Part shown: positions 1 through 9,063 of the stretch, piece by piece | Numbering within the stretch: the first letter of the stretch is position 1 | Layout: each line of letters begins with the position of its first letter | Assembly: GCA_015521615.1 (NCBI GenBank) | Contig: WANW01000051.1 | Span: 7,918 to 71,917 of the forward strand | Source of the DNA: Candidatus Hydrothermarchaeota archaeon | GTDB taxonomy: Archaea; Hydrothermarchaeota; Hydrothermarchaeia; Hydrothermarchaeales; BMS3B | Length of the DNA: 64,000 bases | Direction: 5' to 3' | Notes under the pieces: generated by a model | The model's database searches: none | Told to the model about the DNA's origin: nothing | What the model saw: the letters and a program-made list of their open reading frames with translations, nothing else | Program-made: the position numbers and the translations under genes

Positions 1-3000
1 TGCCCTTAAGATTCTCCTTAAACAGCTCTGGCAACAGGGTGTAGAAGCTGCCGTCAAGGTACACATTGCCCAGCCTCTGGATGTAAATCTGAGCTATTTT
101 ATCTGTGCTCTCCCAGGTGTTGCTTGCCTCTGCTGCGGCTGCCACCCTTACGCCGTAGTCGCCGGGAGGCTCTGAGAAAATTCTTGCCATTGCAAGGCGC
201 TCTGCATCGCTGGTATTGTAACCCCTCGCAAGGAGCCAGCCTTTCATGGCAAGGTAGTTCTCCCTGACGTAGTTGGGGTAGCTTGAGTTTGAGGCGTTGG
301 CAGCCAGCATAACCGCCCTATCAAGAAGCTGGAGCTGGTAGGTGAAGGTATCCCTGTAGAGCCCCGAGGTGACTATCACCACATCTATCCTGGGTCTCCC
401 GAGCTGGCTCTCATTTATGAGCTGCACATCGTAGACCCTGCCCCTCTTCCACTTCGGCTCAACGCCCAGCAGATAGAGTATCTGTGCCTCGGCAACGCCT
501 CTGTGACGCATGGTTTCAGTTGCCCAGAGCAGGTAGGCGACCTTTCTCGGGTAGGTGCCGTGCCTCGCTACGTAGTCGCTGAGGAAGGCGTCTGTGAGAG
601 CCTTGCCAACCTTCCAGGCGGCAGTGGTTGGAATTCCGCGTGGGTCAAAGGAATAGAAGTTTCTGCCTGTTGGCAGCGCCTCGGGAGCGCGAAGCGGGTC
701 TCCGCCCACGTTGGGCTTTATGTATATGCCCTCAAGGGCGTCTAAGAGGGAGTCAACCTCCCGCGAGGTGCCATTCACCAGAAGGTCCGCATAGCTCAGA
801 GCAAGCTCAAGCTGCTCAGTTACATTTGCGCTCACATTACCCAAAAAGTCAATCTGTGTTTGATTTACATCAGAGCCTTTAAGCACAGCTTTCAGAAGCT
901 CAAAGCTGCAGCGCTCCTCGCAGGAGCTGTTCGCCTGTTTCGTTGCGCTGGTATAGTCCTTGCCCAGGATATTCATCACAAAAGTCACAAGAGCATCGCC
1001 CTCTGGAGGTATGCCAAAGGTGTGGAGCCCATAGGGTATGTTCTCATACTTTAGCTCGGTGAGGTAGTCTTTGAGCTCACCCAGGAAGGCTTCAAACTCG
1101 GCGTCGCTCATCCCATCCAGGGTGACATTCAGGTCCCTATCAAGGTGCTCAGCCTTTGCAAGCTGGAGTATCTCCTCCCTGTACTGCTGCATCAGCAGCG
1201 TCTTGTTGTTTGCCTTTGCATCCCTGTAGAGGTCTATCCTCTCGTAGATCTCGGAGAGGTTGCCGTAGAGCTCGCCGGGTATGAGCGCCGGTGTGAGATG
1301 GTCAATAATCGTTGCATACCCCCTGCGCTTCGCCTGCGTGCCCTCGCCCACGTTGTCCATCACGTAGATGTACGGGTGGGGTATGTCTGAGAGAAGCACA
1401 TCCGGCCAGGAGGTGTTGTCAAGCCCTACCTGCTTGCCTGGGGTCCACTCCACCGTGGCGTGGGTACCAACATGCACTATTGCACTGGGGTTAAACTCCT
1501 TCTTCAGCCAGAGGTAGAAGGCAATGTACTGATGATTCGGCGGCAGAGAGGTGTTGTGGTAGGTTTTGTCCTCGCTGTTCAGAAAGCCCCTGTAGGGCTC
1601 CGGTGCAAGCAGTATGTTGCCGAAGCGCACGCAGGGTATGACTATGTACCTGCCTGAGGAGTTCTCAAATACCATCTGCTCCCCTGGAGGAGAGCCCCAC
1701 TCCTCTATCACCTGCTGCTGGAGCCTCTCCGGCAGTGTGGAGAACCAGCTCCTGTACTTCTCCTCGCTTATCAGAACAACTGCACCACTCTCTGCAAGTG
1801 CATCCACATCCTCCTGTCTCCACACGCCTATGTTTCTTCCACTCTCCAGCAGAAGGTGCAGAAGGCTGCTGTTATCTGAGTAGCTGGCGTTTATGCTGAC
1901 ATTGAATCCAGAGAAGTTGCCCAGGTCGTAGCCCCTCGCTTTCATAGCATTGAGAATCATTTCAAGGCTTGCGGGGACGTTGAGGTACGATGCTCTTATG
2001 TTGTCTCTGCCGGGGGGATTGTTGTAGTAGATGAAGGCAATCCTCTTCTCGCTGTTGTTGAGCCTCCTGAGCTGTGCCCAGTTCAGTGCCCTGTTCACTA
2101 TCTTCTCAAGCCTGTCCTGAATCACAACCCTTCTGCCATCGCTGCCTCTTGCGGAAAGCACCGTGGGCTCTATTATTCCGTCCAGCTCTGGCATTGCCAC
2201 CTGCCATGCGATCTCGCTGGTGGTTATCCCCTGGGTTGAGTTCAGCCACTCACCCTCACTCTGATAGTACAGGGAGATTGCCTTGATCCAGGGCACAGAG
2301 ATGTTGCTCAGGTCCTCCAGCCCCTGCTCCGGATTGAAGTAGTTGTACCTGAAGGAGTGCTGGGTTATCACCGCATCCACAGTGCTCCTGCTACCGTTCA
2401 GGAAGAACTTCTTTACCGCACCGCTCGACTTTGTGACCGCTATTACATTTGCCCCTCTGCTCTCAATCTCCCCTATAAGGGCTATTACGTCATCGATATT
2501 GCTGCTGGTGTAGTAGGATTTGTAGAAGACTATGCCTATAGTTGGGGCACTTGCGTTGTACCTGCCCGTGCTCCTGTACCACTCCATGTAGCCGCTGAGG
2601 TTTGTGAAGATGCAGCTCGGGCACGGGTGCTCACCCTGCCTGTAGTCGGGATGAAAGGCGCCGTAGGGCACGGGGATTACAGGCAGTGCTGTTTCGTTTG
2701 CGCTGAGAACTTCAACCGCCAGGTATGTGAGCAGCCTTTTTATGTTCTCCTCGCCACCGTTATCTGCGTAGCTCTGGGCAGTCTTGAGCACAGTGCTGTT
2801 CACGGTTATTAAATCGTTGTAGTAGCTCGTGCTCAGGGCGATGAAGGCGGTGGTATTTGTGACATTCTCAATTTTTGCATAGAGGTTTTCTCTGTAGCCC
2901 ACCATGTACATCAGAATGAGGTCATAGCCTTCCAGGGTCTCATTGCCTGTGTCCAGCTCATCAGGGTCCATAAGCCCCAGCTCAAGAAGGGTGTTGTTCC

Positions 3001-3790
3001 ACTCCAGCGAGTCTTTTGCACCCTCCACAAGGCGCCAGAAGGTGCCCTGCTTTGAGGCTATGACCGCATATCTGAGAAGGGGAACCACCTTCAGAGAGAC
3101 GCTCCTGCTAAGCGTTGCCGAGGCTGAGGTGAGGGTTGCGTTTACCAGCGCTACCTCGCCGGTGAAGGCGTTTGTGCGGATGCTCAGATTTAGGCTAAAT
3201 CTCCCCGGGGTGAGGTTGAAGGAGGTGTTCTCAGCGATTAAGCCGCTCAGATTCAGGCTGAGCTCAGAGCTTTCGTTGGTGTAGCCTGTGAGGGTTATGT
3301 TAAAACTCTGGTTTTCATGCACCAGCGCGGGAGAGGTTATCTCCAGCATGGCTGGCTCAACAGCTACGGTGGCGCTCTGGTTCTGAAGCGTGTATACGGT
3401 GCCGTTCAGAGTGTAGTTCAGGTACACCCGGTTTGGAGGGATGCTCTCCCCAAAGGTGAAGTTGCCATCAGCGAAGGTGAAGTTTACCACCGTGGTGATG
3501 TTCACACTGCCGGCGGTGTCATTTAAAGCGCAGGTGAGGTTGCCCGAGGTGAGGTTGCAGGGCAGGGAGGAGTTAATGAATATGAGCCCATCTGACAGAA
3601 CATCCAGGAGCAAAAGATTGCCAGCATTTGCCTCAACCTCATAGGTTATTGTGTAGCCGAGCTCTTCTCCTGCATATGTGCTGTTAGTCCAGGGAGTTTT
3701 GACCAGCACCGCAGCGCCTGCATGAGAAACAGCCAGCAGGATTACTAACAGGGGCGCGACATAAGTTTTAACGCCTCTCACGGGTATCAC
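1..3790 (-). CDS. CobN/Mg-chelatase-H family large chelatase subunit, partial. The 3' end lies beyond the window start. It has a signal peptide and a roughly 330-aa N-terminal extension rich in N-x-S/T sequons.
   Basis: Reverse-strand translation is open from about 3790 to position 1. CobN motifs are present (HVGTHATVEWTPGK, RIDVVIVTSGLYRDTF). The N-terminus reads MRGVKTYVAPLLVILLAVSHAGA from a GTG at 3781 or 3790. No ATG is in frame near the start. Confidence 0.8.
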   Translation of the reverse strand, partial: MIPVRGVKTYVAPLLVILLAVSHAGAAVLVKTPWTNSTYAGEELGYTITYEVEANAGNLLLLDVLSDGLIFINSSLPCNLTSGNLTCALNDTAGSVNITTVVNFTFADGNFTFGESIPPNRVYLNYTLNGTVYTLQNQSATVAVEPAMLEITSPALVHENQSFNITLTGYTNESSELSLNLSGLIAENTSFNLTPGRFSLNLSIRTNAFTGEVALVNATLTSASATLSRSVSLKVVPLLRYAVIASKQGTFWRLVEGAKDSLEWNNTLLELGLMDPDELDTGNETLEGYDLILMYMVGYRENLYAKIENVTNTTAFIALSTSYYNDLITVNSTVLKTAQSYADNGGEENIKRLLTYLAVEVLSANETALPVIPVPYGAFHPDYRQGEHPCPSCIFTNLSGYMEWYRSTGRYNASAPTIGIVFYKSYYTSSNIDDVIALIGEIESRGANVIAVTKSSGAVKKFFLNGSRSTVDAVITQHSFRYNYFNPEQGLEDLSNISVPWIKAISLYYQSEGEWLNSTQGITTSEIAWQVAMPELDGIIEPTVLSARGSDGRRVVIQDRLEKIVNRALNWAQLRRLNNSEKRIAFIYYNNPPGRDNIRASYLNVPASLEMILNAMKARGYDLGNFSGFNVSINASYSDNSSLLHLLLESGRNIGVWRQEDVDALAESGAVVLISEEKYRSWFSTLPERLQQQVIEEWGSPPGEQMVFENSSGRYIVIPCVRFGNILLAPEPYRGFLNSEDKTYHNTSLPPNHQYIAFYLWLKKEFNPSAIVHVGTHATVEWTPGKQVGLDNTSWPDVLLSDIPHPYIYVMDNVGEGTQAKRRGYATIIDHLTPALIPGELYGNLSEIYERIDLYRDAKANNKTLLMQQYREEILQLAKAEHLDRDLNVTLDGMSDAEFEAFLGELKDYLTELKYENIPYGLHTFGIPPEGDALVTFVMNILGKDYTSATKQANSSCEERCSFELLKAVLKGSDVNQTQIDFLGNVSANVTEQLELALSYADLLVNGTSREVDSLLDALEGIYIKPNVGGDPLRAPEALPTGRNFYSFDPRGIPTTAAWKVGKALTDAFLSDYVARHGTYPRKVAYLLWATETMRHRGVAEAQILYLLGVEPKWKRGRVYDVQLINESQLGRPRIDVVIVTSGLYRDTFTYQLQLLDRAVMLAANASNSSYPNYVRENYLAMKGWLLARGYNTSDAERLAMARIFSEPPGDYGVRVAAAAEASNTWESTDKIAQIYIQRLGNVYLDGSFYTLLPELFKENLKG

Positions 3791-3953
3791 CGGGCAAGTG
3801 GTTGGCAACCTGACTTATATATGTTCCTTTTTGGTTAAGAAATGTTAACCAAAGTGGAAACTATGCTAAAAAAGAGTTGGAAAGAATGGCTCAGAAATGG
3901 GCATTCTATATAAATTTGACTCTAATTGAGATAAAAGCAAAAATCAGGAGAAG

Positions 3954-4088
3954 TTATTCTTTTTCAAAAGCCTCTTTGGGCGCATTGCACACCGGGCAGT
4001 GCCAGTCATCTGGAAGCTCGTCGAAGGGTTTTCCCTCTGCCTCCTCATCGTAGATGTAGCCACAGACAGTGCATCTGTACTTTGCCAA
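3954..4088 (-). CDS. rd: Rubredoxin, 44 aa, TTG start. It is not in the ORF track.
   Basis: Translation is [44 protein letters not shown], with CxxCG and CPxC motifs. A GGAGGTGA RBS lies 4 nt upstream and overlaps the FprA stop. A T-rich tract follows. Confidence 0.7.
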   Translation of the reverse strand: MAKYRCTVCGYIYDEEAEGKPFDELPDDWHCPVCNAPKEAFEKE

Positions 4089-4099
4089 TTTCTCACCTC

Positions 4100-5305
4100 C
4101 TATTTAAACCTGCTGTGGTACTCCCTAACTTTCTGGGCAAACATCCTGCCAAAGTCGTAGCCCTGCTCATAGTCTTTCTTGTCAGGGCGGTAGTTCACCT
4201 CATAACCCGGCTCGACCACCTCCAGCTTCATGGACTTGAGCACCTGCAGCGCTTCTCTCACGCCTCCGCCACCCCAGCCATAGCTACCAAAAGCGCCGGC
4301 TATGCGGTTCGACGGACGAAGTCCACGGAGATGCTGGAGGAACTCCGCAACAGTGGGGAACATAACATTATTCAATGTCGGGGTACCCACAAGTAAGCCG
4401 CGATACTTCCAGAATTGCTTTATTGCCACACTCATTGGTGTCTCTCTGAGCTTTATGACCTCTGCATACATGCCCTCATCGAGTATGCCATCTAGAACAG
4501 CCCTGCTCATCTTCTCTGTAGAGTGCCACATTGTATCATAGACTATAACAATGCCCTCCTCTGCTTTGCCATTTGCCATGTCCAGGTACATGTTGATAAC
4601 CTTTTCCGGATTCTTTCTCCAGATAACGCCATGATCGGGGGCGATCATGTCTATCTCCAGTCCAAGCTTCTGAAGCTCGGCAATTTTCGCTTTAATCAGC
4701 CTCCCAAAGGGCATCAGAATGTTGGCATAGTAATCTATGACTGCATCTTCCAGGGTCTCCTGGGGCACAAGGTCGTCAAAAAGAACCGCCTGCGCAAAGT
4801 GCTGGCCGAAGGCATCCTGAGAAATTAAAAGCCTGTCCTCCTTTACGTAGGTCATCATGCTATCCGGCCAGTGGAGCATGGGCGTCTCTATGAACATCAG
4901 TGTCTTCTCGCCGAGCTTCAGGGTGTCACCAGTTTTAACAGTCTGAATATCCCAGCCAGTGGTGTCGAAGTGTCTCTCCAGCCCCTGTTTCCCGCGTTCT
5001 GTAGCATAGAGAGTTATATTTTCACACCTTTCCACCACCAGATCCCAGGAGCCTGCATGGTCCAGCTCAATATGATTTATTATTCCCACCTCAATCTTCT
5101 CAGGCTCTGTCAAACAACGGATGCGGTCAAACATAACGTCGGCGAATTCCCGCTTTACCGTGTCCACCAGGGCTATTTTCCTGTCCATGATGAGAAAGTT
5201 GTTGTAGGTTGTGCCCCTGGGCGTGACGTAGCCATGGAAGTCTCTAACATTCCAGTCTATGGCGCCAACCCAGTATATTCCCGGCTTTATCTGCTTCGCC
5301 TTCAT
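4100..5305 (-). CDS. fprA: Flavodiiron protein: type A flavoprotein / rubredoxin:oxygen oxidoreductase (FprA)
   Basis: 401 aa. A metallo-beta-lactamase-like diiron domain (HIELDHAGS) is followed by a C-terminal flavodoxin-like domain. Confidence 0.9.
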   Translation of the reverse strand: MKAKQIKPGIYWVGAIDWNVRDFHGYVTPRGTTYNNFLIMDRKIALVDTVKREFADVMFDRIRCLTEPEKIEVGIINHIELDHAGSWDLVVERCENITLYATERGKQGLERHFDTTGWDIQTVKTGDTLKLGEKTLMFIETPMLHWPDSMMTYVKEDRLLISQDAFGQHFAQAVLFDDLVPQETLEDAVIDYYANILMPFGRLIKAKIAELQKLGLEIDMIAPDHGVIWRKNPEKVINMYLDMANGKAEEGIVIVYDTMWHSTEKMSRAVLDGILDEGMYAEVIKLRETPMSVAIKQFWKYRGLLVGTPTLNNVMFPTVAEFLQHLRGLRPSNRIAGAFGSYGWGGGGVREALQVLKSMKLEVVEPGYEVNYRPDKKDYEQGYDFGRMFAQKVREYHSRFK

Positions 5306-5314
5306 GCGCCCACC

Positions 5315-5677
5315 TTAGAACCTAACCTCCTTCTTACCCTGCCAGAGGCCGTGGAGGTTGCAGAAGGCAAAGGCTCTGAGAGTGGTAGGCTCATCCAGGG
5401 TTATGGTGAACCTCACCTTCGGATGGCTCACCACAGGAGCAAGGGTCGCCATTCCCAGGAAGGTGTACTGTTCGTCGTAGAGGGCCACCCAGTTTATGTA
5501 ATGGCCCAGCTCATTTGGATGTTTTAAAAGCTCTCCAACCACAATCTTCACGCTGAAAGGCTCTCCCGCCCTGATATCATCCGGAACGTGAATCACAGGG
5601 GTGTGCTTTTTCTCCAGGTCGGTAAGATTTTCAGGGTCTTTGGGTTTGTTCACACCTTTAAGGGAAAATTCCGCCAT
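5315..5677 (-). CDS. sor: Superoxide reductase, 1Fe neelaredoxin type
   Basis: 120 aa. There is no N-terminal CxxC domain. His ligands and a C-terminal CNLHG motif are present. Confidence 0.8.
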   Translation of the reverse strand: MAEFSLKGVNKPKDPENLTDLEKKHTPVIHVPDDIRAGEPFSVKIVVGELLKHPNELGHYINWVALYDEQYTFLGMATLAPVVSHPKVRFTITLDEPTTLRAFAFCNLHGLWQGKKEVRF

Positions 5678-5689
5678 TTCATTGGCCTC

Positions 5690-6232
5690 CTAAAATTCTC
5701 TAAAGGCATTGCCTCCAGCACCACAAACGGGACACCGCTCTGGAGCATCCCCTATAACCGTATGCCCGCACACCGAGCAGATGTTTACCTTCTCTATCTC
5801 CAGGTCCTTCCCTTCCTCTGCCAGCTTTTTCGCCTCAGAGTAGAGCTCCGCGTGGATCTTTTCCGCCTCTATCGCGTAGCGTATACTCCTCTTCGCCTTC
5901 TCCTCCCCCTGAAGCTCTGCCACAGCGTTGTACGCGGGGTACATCTCCTCCACCTCGAAGGTCTCCCCCTCTATGGCAGAGTTCAGATTCTGAGGGCTCT
6001 TGCCAAGCATACCCAGTGCCTTGAAGTGATTTGTGGCATGCACCTGCTCCGCATATGCTATTGCCCTGAAGAGCTTTGCGATGTTGGGAAGCCCATCCCT
6101 CTCTGCCTGCTTTGCGAAGATTAAATACTTCATATGTGCCTGGCTCTCGCCAGCAAAAGCTGCCTTGAGGTTCTCTTCCGTCATCTTCCTCATCTCAACA
6201 CCTCCTGAATTAACTAATTGCTCATCTGCCAA
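5690..6232 (-). CDS. rbr: Rubrerythrin
   Basis: 180 aa. A ferritin-like diiron domain (ExxH repeats) is followed by a C-terminal rubredoxin-like CxxC...CxxC domain. Confidence 0.9.
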   Translation of the reverse strand: MADEQLVNSGGVEMRKMTEENLKAAFAGESQAHMKYLIFAKQAERDGLPNIAKLFRAIAYAEQVHATNHFKALGMLGKSPQNLNSAIEGETFEVEEMYPAYNAVAELQGEEKAKRSIRYAIEAEKIHAELYSEAKKLAEEGKDLEIEKVNICSVCGHTVIGDAPERCPVCGAGGNAFREF

Positions 6233-6275
6233 TTAATAACTTTCTGTTGTTACATCTCGTAACCAGCATTTAGAA

Positions 6276-6446
6276 TCAATTTTCTGCTTCACATTTTGGG
6301 GTGTGCATGTGGTAGTACGGGTTGCCAATCTCTGCGCCACAGCTTTCACAGTTTATTGCAGCTTCGTCGCTGAAAGCTTCATTCTCGGCGCCACAATGTG
6401 TGCAAATTAAAATGTGGAGAGTGGGACCCCTGCCGGGGTCACACAC
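6276..6446 (-). CDS. Small Zn-ribbon / rubredoxin-like protein, 56 aa. It is not in the ORF track.
   Basis: A GTG start follows an AGGAGGT RBS by 7 nt. The start overlaps the stop of the upstream rubrerythrin by 1 nt. Translation is MCDPGRGPTLHILICTHCGAENEAFSDEAAINCESCGAEIGNPYYHMHTPKCEAEN, with two CxxCG knuckles. Confidence 0.45.
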   Translation of the reverse strand: MCDPGRGPTLHILICTHCGAENEAFSDEAAINCESCGAEIGNPYYHMHTPKCEAEN

Positions 6447-6950
6447 CTAGGCTACCTCCTTGAACATCTCTCCCGGAGCACCGCAAACGGGGCACCGCTC
6501 TGGTGCTTCTCCTTCGACAGTGTAGCCACATCCCTGACAAACGAGTAGTGAGCCAAGCTCTGCATCTTTACCTGCCCTCACGGCCTCCATTGCCCTAGTG
6601 TAAAGCTCTGCATGAACCTCCTCTGCTTTAATGGCCCAGGTGAATGTCCTCTCAGCCTCAGTATTGCCCTCTTCTCTGGCCGCGTTTATGAACTCCGGAT
6701 ACATCTCAGTTTTCTCGTAGGTCTCGCCCTCATAGGCAACCTTGAGGTTCTCTGCTGTGGATTTAACGCCGCCCATGACCTTGAGGTGGTTCAGAGCATG
6801 TATGGTCTCACTCTCTGCGGCTGCCCTGAAAAGCCTGGCTACATTTGGGTAGCCATCTTCTTCTGCCTTTTTCGCAAAGGCGAGGTAACGGCGGTTTGCC
6901 TGGCTCTCGCCTGCAAAGGCTTTTGCAAGATTTTCTTCTGAATTTCCCAT
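6447..6950 (-). CDS. rbr: Rubrerythrin, second paralog
   Basis: 167 aa. A diiron four-helix-bundle signature is followed by a C-terminal CQGCG...CPVCG motif. Confidence 0.9.
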   Translation of the reverse strand: MGNSEENLAKAFAGESQANRRYLAFAKKAEEDGYPNVARLFRAAAESETIHALNHLKVMGGVKSTAENLKVAYEGETYEKTEMYPEFINAAREEGNTEAERTFTWAIKAEEVHAELYTRAMEAVRAGKDAELGSLLVCQGCGYTVEGEAPERCPVCGAPGEMFKEVA

Positions 6951-6962
6951 TTTTTCTACCTC

Positions 6963-7145
6963 CTAGCTTTCAACAGGTGCGTAGTAGCACCTCTTCGGGG
7001 AGTGAACCCTCCCTTCCTTCTTGAGTTCACTGATTACCTTTGAAACCTCCTTGCTTTCAACACCCAGCATTTTGGCTATGTCTCCCGGCCTCACCGGCTT
7101 GCCGGCACTTTTCATCGCCTCAAGCACCTTTTCCTTATCCACCAT
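6963..7145 (-). CDS. Mini winged-helix DNA-binding protein, 60 aa
   Basis: The wHTH pattern is GDIAKMLGVESKEVSKVISELKKEGRV. It sits 13 nt upstream of the first rubrerythrin on the same strand. Confidence 0.5.
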   Translation of the reverse strand: MVDKEKVLEAMKSAGKPVRPGDIAKMLGVESKEVSKVISELKKEGRVHSPKRCYYAPVES

Positions 7146-7334
7146 TCATATCACCTCAATTTTTGTTATGTATTTCGTTATTATAAGTACTGATATATAA
7201 AATTTTGGTATGGAATTCGCAATCATAAAGACAATACCGTGCGAATTTCGAACTTATTTATAAGTGTGCAACAACTTGACTGCTTTTTAAATTCAAATTT
7301 CGTTATAATTATTGTAGATATCGTTACAATTAAT

Positions 7335-7781
7335 ATGAATCATGATATGATACTCGACGAAAAAGACCTGAAAATAATAGAGATTCTGCGCAGGGATGCG
7401 AGGACGCCATTCACAGAGATAGCCAGGAGGCTTCACGTAAGCGAGGCGACGGTAAGAAAGCGTGTCGACGCCCTTGAAAAGATGGGGGTTATAAAGGGTT
7501 ACACTATAGTTGTGGACCCTGCTAAAATGGGCTTTTCTACCGTGGCACTTGTAGGTATAAACACAAACCCTGACATGTTTCTCAGTGTGGCTGAGAAGCT
7601 CACCGAATTTGAGGAGGTGCGCTTTGTTGCAACCTCAACGGGTGACCACATGATTATGGCCGAGGTCTGGACACGGAATGGTAAAGAACTCTCATCTCTT
7701 ATATCCGAGAAGATAGGAAAGCTGGAAGGAATAACCCACATAAGACCTGCAATAATCCTTGAAAAGCTCAAAGAGGTTTAG
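7335..7781 (+). CDS. lrp: Lrp/AsnC-family transcription regulator
   Basis: An N-terminal HTH ([34 protein letters not shown]) is followed by an AsnC/RAM domain. The track ORF starts at GTG 7239. An ATG at 7335 or 7347 is the more plausible start. Confidence 0.85.
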   Translation: MNHDMILDEKDLKIIEILRRDARTPFTEIARRLHVSEATVRKRVDALEKMGVIKGYTIVVDPAKMGFSTVALVGINTNPDMFLSVAEKLTEFEEVRFVATSTGDHMIMAEVWTRNGKELSSLISEKIGKLEGITHIRPAIILEKLKEV

Positions 7782-7865
7782 TCTCCCAACCCTGAACTTC
7801 TTTTTTCTGGCCTCCTTCCAAAAGTTTTAAATCTCTGCTGAGCAAATGCATGCCGAGGGCGTGCT

Positions 7866-9062
7866 ATGAAGGCGCTTGTTGTTGTTTGTGATGGTCTTGC
7901 AGATAGACCTGTGAAGACGCTCGGAAGAAGAACCCCCCTTGAAGCAGCGGATACACCACACCTGGATGAGCTCGCAGAGAGAGGAATAACAGGCATTGTG
8001 GATCCAGTTGCACCGGGGATCAGGGCTGGGAGTGATACCTCCCATCTGGCAATACTTGGCTACGACCCCTGCAAGGTTTACACGGGGCGTGGACCCTTTG
8101 AGGCCGCTGGTATGGGAATTGAGCTGCGTGAGGGTGACATAGCCTGGAGATGCAACTTCGCCACCGTAGATAAGAACCTGGTGGTAGAGGACAGGCGTGC
8201 CGGCAGGATAGAGGACACCTCTGAGCTCATAGACGCCCTGCGCAGCATACGCTTGGAGGGTGTAGAAGTAAAGCTCGCCTCGCTGGCGTACCGCTGCGCC
8301 CTGGTTTTTAGAGGCAAAGGACTCAGCCACATGGTGAGTGACACTGATCCGCATGCTACGGGGGTAAAGGTACACCCCGCACAGCCTCTTGACAACAGCG
8401 CCGAGGCAAGGCGCACCGCCCAGCTTCTTGAGGAGTTCTCGAAGCGCGCGCATGAAATTTTGGAGAAGCATGAGGTCAACACAAGGCGCAGGAAGCACGG
8501 ACTGCCTCCGGCGAACTACCTTCTTGCCAGAGGCGCTGGCGTGGTACCTACGCTGGAGGATTTCCACAGGCGTTACCGCATGAGAGGCGCCTGTATAGCA
8601 ACCACAGCGATTATTAAAGGCATCGCCCGCTTGGCTGGAATGAAGGTAATAGAAGCTGAAAAGGACTACATCGCCAGGGCAAAGCAGGCGCTTCTTGCAC
8701 TTGAAGATGTAGACTTTCTGCTGATGAATATCAAAGAAGCTGACGAAGCCGGGCACGATCACTCACCTGAAAGGAAGGTGGAGGTTATCGAGGCAATTGA
8801 CGCGATGGTGGGTGAGTTTTTAGACTTTGCAGAGGAGAACTATGTGGTGGTGATGTCAGACCATACAACGCCCTGCAGCGTGGGTGACCACACGGGTGAT
8901 GTGGTGCCAGTGCTCATCGCAGGCCCCGAGGTGAGAACCGATGAGGTCACACAGTTCAATGAAAGAGCATGCGCAAAGGGCGGGTTAAATCGCATTAGGG
9001 GCATGGATATAATGCCGATACTGCTCGATCTCCTGAATAAGAGCGAGAAGTTTGGTGCTTAG
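7866..9062 (+). CDS. apgM: Archaeal 2,3-bisphosphoglycerate-independent phosphoglycerate mutase
   Basis: 398 aa. The N-terminus reads MKALVVVCDGLADRP and metalloenzyme motifs are present. Confidence 0.85.
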   Translation: MKALVVVCDGLADRPVKTLGRRTPLEAADTPHLDELAERGITGIVDPVAPGIRAGSDTSHLAILGYDPCKVYTGRGPFEAAGMGIELREGDIAWRCNFATVDKNLVVEDRRAGRIEDTSELIDALRSIRLEGVEVKLASLAYRCALVFRGKGLSHMVSDTDPHATGVKVHPAQPLDNSAEARRTAQLLEEFSKRAHEILEKHEVNTRRRKHGLPPANYLLARGAGVVPTLEDFHRRYRMRGACIATTAIIKGIARLAGMKVIEAEKDYIARAKQALLALEDVDFLLMNIKEADEAGHDHSPERKVEVIEAIDAMVGEFLDFAEENYVVVMSDHTTPCSVGDHTGDVVPVLIAGPEVRTDEVTQFNERACAKGGLNRIRGMDIMPILLDLLNKSEKFGA

Positions 9063-9063
9063 A

